From IMG/VR virus record IMGVR_UViG_3300017613_000835, positions 1-5,780 of that record: a DNA stretch of 5,780 nucleotides; one strand, 5' to 3'. Below, one piece after another: positions 1-5,090 of the stretch; position 1 is the first letter of the stretch; each line of letters starts with the position of its first letter. The stretch is from a virus. Both the position numbers and the translations under genes were made by a program. The notes under the pieces were generated by a model, which saw nothing but the letters and a program-made list of their open reading frames with translations, was not told where the DNA came from and did no database searches.

Positions 1-40
1 AAGAGGTGATATAGATGGCAAGAAATATCAGAAGACCTAG
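1..40 (+). CDS. D: 3' end of the external scaffolding protein D gene (wrap-around duplicate of 5660..5699, partial)
   Basis: Codons from nt 2 read RGDIDGKKYQKT then TAG, identical to the C-terminus of the 5172..5699 ORF. Confidence 0.85.
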   Translation, partial: RGDIDGKKYQKT

Positions 41-86
41 AAGAAAGAAAAATAAGATATATTATGTAGGTGGATATAGAGCTTAA
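15..86 (+). CDS. J: Small basic DNA-binding/packaging protein J (23 aa: MARNIRRPRRKKNKIYYVGGYRA)
   Basis: This ORF is not in the supplied track because it is too short. The ATG at 15 follows AAGAGGTGATATAG, which resembles an extended SD. About 10 of the first 14 residues are R/K. The C-terminal IYYVGGYRA resembles the conserved hydrophobic tail of phiX174 J (...ARLWYVGGQQF) and G4/alpha3 J. It sits immediately after D and before F, as in phiX174, and overlaps the D 3' end by 26 nt in another frame. Confidence 0.85.
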   Translation: MARNIRRPRRKKNKIYYVGGYRA

Positions 87-101
87 AAAGGAGTAAAAAT
101 A

Positions 102-281
102 ATGGTAAAAACAAAAAAAGGATTATTCGGTGTAGTATTCGGCTTTATAGTAGGAATAGCATCAATATTCTTAGTAAAAACAGGAGTATTAGACAAAGAA
201 ACAGTAGATTCAGTAGTAAAAGAAGCAGACTTCTTCATTAATCAATTAGATGAAAGGAGCGATAAAAGATATGGACGATAA
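102..281 (+). CDS. 59-aa small membrane protein (N-terminal single TM helix, charged C-terminal tail); candidate lysis protein
   Basis: Not in the supplied track. AAAAAGGAG lies upstream (GGAG 90-93), with spacing like that of the H and J genes. Translation: MVKTKKGLFGVVFGFIVGIASIFLVKTGVLDKETVDSVVKEADFFINQLDERSDKRYGR. It has a basic N-terminus, a hydrophobic stretch of about 19 residues (GLFGVVFGFIVGIASIFLV), and a charged tail. Codon usage matches the rest of the genome. Confidence 0.62.
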   Translation: MVKTKKGLFGVVFGFIVGIASIFLVKTGVLDKETVDSVVKEADFFINQLDERSDKRYGR

Positions 282-414
282 ATGGTATTATTATGATGAA
301 GTAGCAGAAGACCAAAAGTTATATGTATATTACGATAAGGAATTATCAGAACAAAAAGTAAATAGAGAAATAAAGAAAGAGGTGAAACATGGAATTAAAC
401 AGAACCACATATAG
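271..414 (+). CDS. Hypothetical 47-aa Tyr-rich acidic protein (MDDKWYYYDEVAEDQKLYVYYDKELSEQKVNREIKKEVKHGIKQNHI)
   Basis: This is the only open frame spanning the J-F gap after the TM ORF. It overlaps the TM ORF by 11 nt and the F start by 26 nt. The GGAG at 256-259 is 15 nt before the ATG, farther than for the other genes, which weakens the call. Confidence 0.3.
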   Translation: MDDKWYYYDEVAEDQKLYVYYDKELSEQKVNREIKKEVKHGIKQNHI

Positions 415-1663
415 TCTAGACCACCACTCGTTTAACGTCGGTGCAATAGGCTCCCTACAAACTGTCTCTTGTGTGCCAGTCGTAGCAGGTGATTCAATGC
501 AGATGGATTTTCAAGGATTGTTTAGATTAGCACCATTAGTAAGAAATTTATATTTAGATGCAAAGTTAGATTTGTTTGCGTTCTATGTACCATACAGACA
601 TATATATGGAGATGATTGGACAGCATTCATTAAAGATGGAGTAGATGAAGCAACAACATTCGGTACATATACAGCAACAGATGTTATAAGATGTACAGGA
701 GCATACCAAACAGGTACAATACCAAAATGGAATATAGCAAGTTATGCAAGAATATGGAATAGATACTTTAGACACCCAACAGATGCAAATCAGATAGATG
801 ATGACCATTTAAAAGATACAGGAGATTCAGATATAGCACAATATGGTATGAAATGCACATATTTAAAAAGAATATGGAATACAGGAGTAGATGAAGAATT
901 AGTAGATGCAGACCATATATTAGATACAACAGCAGATAAGTTAGATTTATTTGATTTAGTACAGACACAAAATAGGTTAGAAACAGAAAGACAAAGAGAA
1001 TGGTTTGGACAAAGATACGCAGATGTAATGCGTAATGCATTCGGTACAAACGTAAATATAGATGCAGATGAAAGACCAGAGTTAATAATGAGAACAAGTC
1101 AATGGTTATCAGGACATGATGTAGATGGAACAGCATCAGACAATTTAGGTAAGTATGCAGGTAAAGCTTATGGAGTAGGTGAATTATCATTTCCAATGAA
1201 ATTCTTCCCAGAGCATGGTAGTTTATGGTTAATGGCATTAATTAGATTCCCAAGTATACCAAACTACGAAAAACATTATTTATATAGTCAAGCAGAGCCA
1301 AGTTATAAAGTAATAGCAGGTGACCCAGATGTAGTAGCAAATGAACCGCCAATAGTATTAGATGTAGCAGATTATATAGAAAATGCAACATGTAATGATG
1401 CAGGATTAATACCTTATGCACAATGGTATAGAGAGCATCCAAGTTATGTTCATGACAAGTATAGAGATGTAACAGGACATCCGTTTATAAGTAAAGTAAT
1501 AGCAACAGCAGATGATAGTAGATATATTACTGCAGGAGAATATGACAATATATTCCAAACAGAGGCATTAAAACATTGGAATTTACAAGGTCATATAGGA
1601 TTAACAGCAAAAAGAGTTATACCAGACCCTAAAACTAGTATATTCGCAGGTGTGGATAGATAA
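389..1663 (+). CDS. F: Major capsid protein F (phiX174 F type, 424 aa)
   Basis: AAGAGGTGA SD lies at 377-385. The ORF is colinear over its whole length with phiX174 F as I recall it (about 426 aa). Matching blocks: VVAGDSMQMDF...FRLAPLVR vs VIAGDSFEMDA...LRLSPLRR; FAFYVPYRHIYGDDWTAFIKDGV vs FTFYVPHRHVYGEQWIKFMKDGV; DADERPELIMRTSQWLSGHDVDGT vs DADNRPLLVMRSNLWASGYDVDGT; FFPEHGSLWLMALIRFP vs FVPEHGTMFTLALVRFP; AQWYREHPSYV vs GQWYRYAPSYV. It lacks the large insertion loop of gokushovirus VP1. Confidence 0.97.
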   Translation: MELNRTTYSLDHHSFNVGAIGSLQTVSCVPVVAGDSMQMDFQGLFRLAPLVRNLYLDAKLDLFAFYVPYRHIYGDDWTAFIKDGVDEATTFGTYTATDVIRCTGAYQTGTIPKWNIASYARIWNRYFRHPTDANQIDDDHLKDTGDSDIAQYGMKCTYLKRIWNTGVDEELVDADHILDTTADKLDLFDLVQTQNRLETERQREWFGQRYADVMRNAFGTNVNIDADERPELIMRTSQWLSGHDVDGTASDNLGKYAGKAYGVGELSFPMKFFPEHGSLWLMALIRFPSIPNYEKHYLYSQAEPSYKVIAGDPDVVANEPPIVLDVADYIENATCNDAGLIPYAQWYREHPSYVHDKYRDVTGHPFISKVIATADDSRYITAGEYDNIFQTEALKHWNLQGHIGLTAKRVIPDPKTSIFAGVDR

Positions 1664-1676
1664 GAAAGGATAAAAA

Positions 1677-1904
1677 ATGACAGAACCAATAAATGAATTA
1701 AAGGAATTTAAAACAGTAAACGAAATAACAGAAGAAGTATATGATAGGTATAAATCAGGAACAGATGTAGATTATATAGATTTAAAACCAGTAGAAAAGT
1801 ATCAATGGAAAGAAGCAACAAAAGATATGTTAATATCAAAAGAATTAGTGTATGATTATGAAAATAAAAAAATAGATATATTATTTGGAGAAAAGGTAAT
1901 ATAA
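1677..1904 (+). CDS. Hypothetical 75-aa acidic protein in the F-G gap
   Basis: GAAAGGA SD lies 6 nt upstream of the ATG. Codon usage is genome-typical. The ORF fills a position that is non-coding in phiX174. I recognise no motif. Confidence 0.65.
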   Translation: MTEPINELKEFKTVNEITEEVYDRYKSGTDVDYIDLKPVEKYQWKEATKDMLISKELVYDYENKKIDILFGEKVI

Positions 1905-1917
1905 GAAAGGAGTAAAA

Positions 1918-2538
1918 ATGTTACAACCAAATTTAAGAGGAAGTATGGCGCATAATATACATGCGGCACCAGTCGATTTTTTAACAGCAGATTTAGCGTT
2001 AATTGATAGTGATATATATAGTAAAACATATTTACCATATGCGTATACTGCAACAGTAGCAGATGATAGTGATGGTGTATCATATACAATAGCAACAGCT
2101 GCTCAAGCAATAGCAGATGATCAAAAAGTAGCATTAGGATTATATCTATCAGCAGATAATGAAAAAGGAAATTTAGTATTTAATTTACAAGGTTCAGTTT
2201 CAGCAAGATATTCAGCAAATGATGTTAGTACATTCTTTATATTCGGTAGGAGAGATGGAGCAGTAACAAGTACAAAAGCAGGAACAGCAAATCAATTAGG
2301 TAGAAATATTATATTACCATTAGATACAATAAGTCAAGATGATGGATTAGTATTTGCATCAATTAATCAAAGTATAATAATACAATGTGATACAACAGAT
2401 ACAGCAGTAGCATATTGTTTTGCATTAGTAATGGAAAACGAAACTGGTGGAGCAGTTACAGCAAAAATGGAATCAACACTAAGTATGCAGAAATATAGTT
2501 GGATAGAACAAACACATGATCCAGCTTATTCAGTATAG
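1918..2538 (+). CDS. Putative major spike protein (G-position ORF, 206 aa)
   Basis: GAAAGGAG SD lies upstream. The ORF sits between F and H exactly where phiX174 G (175 aa) lies. Its composition is rich in Ala/Thr/Ser/Asp/Val and poor in Lys/Glu, unlike the rest of the proteome and consistent with a beta-rich surface protein. I see no sequence similarity to phiX G by eye, so the function rests on synteny only. Confidence 0.55.
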   Translation: MLQPNLRGSMAHNIHAAPVDFLTADLALIDSDIYSKTYLPYAYTATVADDSDGVSYTIATAAQAIADDQKVALGLYLSADNEKGNLVFNLQGSVSARYSANDVSTFFIFGRRDGAVTSTKAGTANQLGRNIILPLDTISQDDGLVFASINQSIIIQCDTTDTAVAYCFALVMENETGGAVTAKMESTLSMQKYSWIEQTHDPAYSV

Positions 2539-2540
2539 AA

Positions 2541-2558
2541 ATATCGTTAGCACGATAT
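2541..2558 (+). promoter_or_regulatory. Intergenic stem-loop 1 (ATATCGT / tagc / ACGATAT)
   Basis: A perfect 7-bp inverted repeat with a 4-nt loop lies 3 nt after the G-position stop codon, in the only clear non-coding gap of the genome. Confidence 0.6.
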
Positions 2559-2563
2559 AGATA

Positions 2564-2594
2564 AACCTGGAGAGTTTACAAGGCTCTCCAGGTT
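2564..2594 (+). promoter_or_regulatory. Intergenic stem-loop 2 (AACCTGGAGAG / tttacaagg / CTCTCCAGGTT); candidate leaky terminator, mRNA stabiliser or minus-strand origin
   Basis: A perfect 11-bp inverted repeat with a 9-nt loop. It is locally much more G+C-rich than its surroundings. No T-tract follows it; it abuts the H-gene SD, so it is not a canonical intrinsic terminator. Confidence 0.65.
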
Positions 2595-2610
2595 GAAAGG
2601 AGTAATAACA

Positions 2611-3192
2611 ATGAACCCAGCAGTATTAGCATCATTAATTAAAGCAGGTGGAGATATAGCATCAACAGGAATAAATAAGATAACTGGAGTACCAACACCA
2701 AAAGGTGCATTTACACCGGGTGCAAAAGAAGGTAGTCAATATAGACAATTTTTAAATAAAGCTTATCCAGGTACAACAGTTTGGGAACAAATAGGTGCAT
2801 CAGGTGCAGGAACAGCAGGAGCAATAGGCTCAGGACATATGTCTAGTAGAGTGCAACAACAAGCTGTAGATATACAGAAAAAGAAAATGTTTGCAGAATT
2901 AGCAAATATAACAGCAAATACAGCAAAAACGTATCAAGATACAAAATTAGCAAAGAAAGTAACAGATAAAACAGAAGAAGAAAAACAAATGACACAAAAA
3001 GAAAATAGAATGAAAGAACCATTATTAGATGCACAATTAACAAGTGAAAGAGGTAGAAATCCAATGACTTATATGCAACATATAGCTGAAGGATTAGAGA
3101 GAAAAAAGATAGATTTTATAAATAAAGTTGGTGGATATTTATCAGATAGAAATATAAAAAAAATAAGAAAAAGAGGTTTGAGAAAAAATTAA
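2611..3192 (+). CDS. H: DNA pilot (minor spike) protein H homologue, short form (193 aa)
   Basis: The ATG at 2611 is preceded by GAAAGGAG (2595-2602). The track start at 2593 is a TTG lying inside the hairpin. The Gly/Ala-rich hydrophobic N-terminus MNPAVLASLIKAGGDIASTG resembles phiX H MFGAIAGGIASALAGG. YRQFLNKAYPGTTVWEQIGASGAG matches phiX [26 protein letters not shown]. A Gln/Lys/Glu-rich predicted coiled coil follows. The position between G and A matches phiX174. Confidence 0.85.
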   Translation: MNPAVLASLIKAGGDIASTGINKITGVPTPKGAFTPGAKEGSQYRQFLNKAYPGTTVWEQIGASGAGTAGAIGSGHMSSRVQQQAVDIQKKKMFAELANITANTAKTYQDTKLAKKVTDKTEEEKQMTQKENRMKEPLLDAQLTSERGRNPMTYMQHIAEGLERKKIDFINKVGGYLSDRNIKKIRKRGLRKN

Positions 3193-4704
3193 ATGTATAT
3201 GTTAAAAAAGGAAATAAAAGTGTCAGATTTATTATTTGATAAAGAATATAGATTAATAAACGCACTAAAAAGTAGAATAAGAGCATTAGAATATCAATGG
3301 AAAATAGGTAAAGATAAGTGTATAGTAACAGATAAATTAGAAGATAAATTAGATGTAGAGTTGGATTGTATATATAGTTATATCCGTCTAGTTAATAACT
3401 CCTTAAAAGTAAACAGTGAAGATAATTATAAAAAAGCTTATAAATATTACAAAGAATTACCAAAAACAATAAAAGAACATTCAGAAAAGTTGTTAGGTTA
3501 TTATTATGTAAGAAGAAATACAGATTATGATAAATTAGAAGAGCTTAAAAAAACAAAAAAAATATATTTGACTATGAAGTGGAAAACTGATAAAATAGAT
3601 AAAATGATAAAAAAAGAAGAAATGAGAGTTAAATATATGGAAAATTATAAGAAAATGTTAAAAAGTTCATGTTTAAAAGCAAGAAAATATGAATTACAAA
3701 GTAGGTTAATGTATGAAATGCAACAAAGAGTAAACGAAGGTTGGTATATAATATTTAATACACTAACAGTAAACAGTTTCAATATAAAAAATGTATTTGA
3801 TAATGGAAGTAAAGGATTTATGAAATATGTAAGAAAAGTAGATAGAGAAGTAGGAAGAAAGATATATGGTAAGTTTAGAGATATACCAGATAATGCAGAA
3901 TATCATAGATATTTTGGAGTAGTAGAAAGAGGTAGTGAAACAGGTAGATTACATATACACGTTATTCATATGGTAAAAGAACTCCCAGAGGGATGTTATG
4001 ATATGAATAGAGGAAAGCAAATACCAAGCAATAGAGAAATATCAAGATTCAAAAAATATTGGGAATATGGATTCAGTTCTCCTATAGCAGTAAGATTTAA
4101 TAGCAGTGATGCATATGGTAAGTTAGGATGGCGAGTGCCATGTAAAATGGAAGAAGATGGAAATTATAGTATAGTAGATAATGGAAGTGTAGATAAAGTA
4201 GTAGGATATATGAGTAAATATATCAATAAAGAGTTAGAAAAAGAGAAAGGAGATGAAATACCATGGAGAACGAGAATGACAAGAGGATTAGGAATGAAGA
4301 TAGTAAAGAAAATAGTACAGTCAATGACAGCGAAAGAATTAATAATGATAATGTCGTTGAAAAGGAACAAAAGGATAAAGTTGAAGGACAAAGAGATACC
4401 AATGAGCTTGTTAAGGAAAGAAGCGATAAAGATATATATGATGACGAAGAAAGAGAAAGAGAATTTGAAAGAAAATATGGTAAAAATAAAGCCACGGAAA
4501 GGTATCTTAGAAGTTATAAGGGATATAATAAGAATGAAAAAGGAGTACAGCAAAGCGAATTATACAGATATAAAGACTCTGAATATGAGAAAGATGGATG
4601 GATTTAAATTAGTAAATAAAATAAAGAAAATAGAAAAAGAGATGTTCGGAGAAAATATAATAAAGTTAGATGTATTAGGAACAACAATAGATAGTATTGT
4701 ATAA
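3193..4704 (+). CDS. A: Replication initiation protein A (HUH rolling-circle endonuclease, 503 aa)
   Basis: The ATG directly abuts the H stop codon. RCR motif I is FNTLTV (3754-3771), motif II (HUH) is GRLHIHVIH (HIH at 3952-3960), and motif III with two Tyr is VVGYMSKYINK (Tyr codons 4207-4209 and 4219-4221, residues 339/343, versus 343/347 in phiX A). Blocks matching phiX A as recalled: EGWYIIFNTLT vs DGWFIVFDTLT; TGRLHIHVIHMVKELPEG vs NGRLHFHAVHFMRTLPTG; WEYGFSSPIAVRF vs WPYGYSMPIAVRY; RTRMTRGLGMKIV vs RIRMSRNFGMKML. The N-terminal ~175 aa are Lys-rich and I cannot align them by eye. Confidence 0.95.
   Translation: MYMLKKEIKVSDLLFDKEYRLINALKSRIRALEYQWKIGKDKCIVTDKLEDKLDVELDCIYSYIRLVNNSLKVNSEDNYKKAYKYYKELPKTIKEHSEKLLGYYYVRRNTDYDKLEELKKTKKIYLTMKWKTDKIDKMIKKEEMRVKYMENYKKMLKSSCLKARKYELQSRLMYEMQQRVNEGWYIIFNTLTVNSFNIKNVFDNGSKGFMKYVRKVDREVGRKIYGKFRDIPDNAEYHRYFGVVERGSETGRLHIHVIHMVKELPEGCYDMNRGKQIPSNREISRFKKYWEYGFSSPIAVRFNSSDAYGKLGWRVPCKMEEDGNYSIVDNGSVDKVVGYMSKYINKELEKEKGDEIPWRTRMTRGLGMKIVKKIVQSMTAKELIMIMSLKRNKRIKLKDKEIPMSLLRKEAIKIYMMTKKEKENLKENMVKIKPRKGILEVIRDIIRMKKEYSKANYTDIKTLNMRKMDGFKLVNKIKKIEKEMFGENIIKLDVLGTTIDSIV
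4263..4607 (+). CDS. B: Internal scaffolding protein B-like ORF, overprinted inside gene A in the +2 frame (114 aa)
   Basis: AAAGGAG at 4246-4252 lies 10 nt before the ATG, and this SD is embedded in A coding sequence. The ORF starts about 14 codons after the catalytic Tyr motif of A and ends 97 nt before the A stop, closely mirroring phiX174 B (120 aa, nested in A, ending 85 nt before the A stop). The protein is highly charged. Its aromatic C-terminus SELYRYKDSEYEKDGWI resembles phiX B AEFYRFHDAEVNTFGYF. Caveat: the region is purine-rich, so open frames arise more easily here. Confidence 0.7.
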   Translation: MENENDKRIRNEDSKENSTVNDSERINNDNVVEKEQKDKVEGQRDTNELVKERSDKDIYDDEEREREFERKYGKNKATERYLRSYKGYNKNEKGVQQSELYRYKDSEYEKDGWI

Positions 4705-4710
4705 GGAGAG

Positions 4711-4962
4711 ATGATGCTTAATGAATTAAATATGATGGTAATACATATGAAAGTAATAGGAGAAATATTAAGTTATGGACAAATATTAGAAAATACAAAA
4801 GAATTAATAGTAGATGGAGTATTTAGAGTAGAAAGAATAGTAGATGAAATAATGATGTATATAGAATTAAATCATGATGAAAGATTAAAATATATGTGTA
4901 GTGAAAGGAATAGGAAATTATATGATACAAAAAATATTAGCGTTAGCATTAAAATTAAGTAG
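4711..4962 (+). CDS. Hypothetical 83-aa protein at the gene C position (possible DNA maturation/packaging factor)
   Basis: The ORF begins just after the A stop codon. AAGGAGAG at 4703-4710 is very close to the ATG at 4711, so the second ATG at 4714 has more typical spacing. Size and position match phiX174 C (86 aa), but I see no sequence similarity by eye. Confidence 0.5.
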   Translation: MMLNELNMMVIHMKVIGEILSYGQILENTKELIVDGVFRVERIVDEIMMYIELNHDERLKYMCSERNRKLYDTKNISVSIKIK

Positions 4963-5080
4963 GTTATATAGCTTATTCCATTACTACTTAGATGAAGAAG
5001 AAGAAAAAATGTTAAAAGAAGAAATAAAAGAAATTAAAAAGGATATAGAAAAAATAAAACAAGCAATTAAAGAGATATAG
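4922..5080 (+). CDS. Hypothetical 52-aa protein overlapping the 3' end of the C-position ORF (MIQKILALALKLSRLYSLFHYYLDEEEEKMLKEEIKEIKKDIEKIKQAIKEI)
   Basis: Not in the supplied track. A weak SD (AGGA at 4912-4915) lies 6 nt before the ATG. The N-terminal half is amphipathic/hydrophobic and the C-terminal half is a charged heptad-like helix. The stop codon lies immediately before the SD of the next small ORF, so with this ORF the C-D interval becomes fully coding. Confidence 0.35.
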   Translation: MIQKILALALKLSRLYSLFHYYLDEEEEKMLKEEIKEIKKDIEKIKQAIKEI

Positions 5081-5090
5081 AAAGGAGAGT

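Larger units (their letters stand above)
1..121. repeat. Terminal direct overlap, copy 1 (circular closure of the contig)
   Basis: Base-by-base comparison shows nt 1-121 identical to nt 5660-5780. The repeat cuts through the D 3' end, all of J, and the first 20 nt of the next ORF, as expected for an assembly overlap of a circle rather than a biological terminal repeat. Confidence 0.97.

Noticed and set aside
1-121. Terminal repeat as a biological feature (DTR/LTR, or duplication of J)
   Set aside because: The copies are exactly identical and lie precisely at the two window ends, cutting through genes. The simplest explanation is assembly overlap of a circular genome.
566-1442. Three minus-strand ORFs (566..808, 768..1238, 1242..1442) antisense to the capsid gene
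   Set aside because: Their translations are low-complexity strings rich in Leu/Ile/Tyr/His/Cys/Phe with no SD context. They lie opposite a confidently identified F gene. The A-rich, C-poor + strand rarely contains TTA/CTA/TCA, so minus-strand frames stay open by composition alone.
1856-2134. Minus-strand 92-aa ORF antisense to the 75-aa ORF / G-position gene
   Set aside because: Same compositional artefact (Leu/His/Tyr-rich low complexity). Microviridae genes are all on one strand.
2593-2610. TTG start for the H ORF as given in the ORF track
   Set aside because: The TTG lies inside the right arm of the 11-bp hairpin and upstream of the GAAAGGAG SD. The ATG at 2611 has normal SD spacing, so I moved the start.
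2843-3064. Minus-strand 73-aa ORF antisense to H
   Set aside because: Leu/Phe/Tyr-rich low complexity opposite the purine-rich coiled-coil-coding part of H; a compositional artefact.
3100-3192. Sigma70-like promoter upstream of A (for example TTGGTG ... TATAAA), and similar hexamers elsewhere
   Set aside because: The spacer is about 19 nt, and in such AT-rich sequence -10-like hexamers are ubiquitous. I cannot call promoters reliably without transcript data.
3235-3267. Second ori-like stretch in the 5' part of gene A (TTTGATA...GATTAATAAACGCACTA, sharing ATTAATAA with the phiX origin spacer)
   Set aside because: It lacks the C of CTTG and needs a ~10-nt insertion to align. The shared 8-mer is pure A/T and expected by chance in this composition. 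I keep it only as a fallback candidate, because the phiX origin does lie within gene A.
3193-3720. A*-like internal in-frame start in gene A
   Set aside because: Several in-frame Met codons precede the catalytic domain, but none has a convincing SD. Sequence alone cannot support an A* product.
4128-4141. Small hairpin ATGGC-gagt-GCCAT inside gene A, in a locally GC-richer patch
   Set aside because: It has only 5 bp and lies within well-conserved Rep coding sequence (LGWRVPC). Protein constraint easily explains it.
4164-4553. Two minus-strand ORFs (4164..4553 and 4223..4495) antisense to the A/B overlap
   Set aside because: Both translate to Ser/Leu/Phe/Ile repeats. The region is almost pure purine on the + strand, so it lacks minus-strand stops. 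Their existence is a caveat for the B-like call, not evidence of genes.
4590-4760. K-like ORF spanning the A/C junction
   Set aside because: The ATGs in this interval are either in the A frame or open only very short ORFs (for example ATG GAT TTA AAT TAG). Nothing comparable to phiX K is present at this position.
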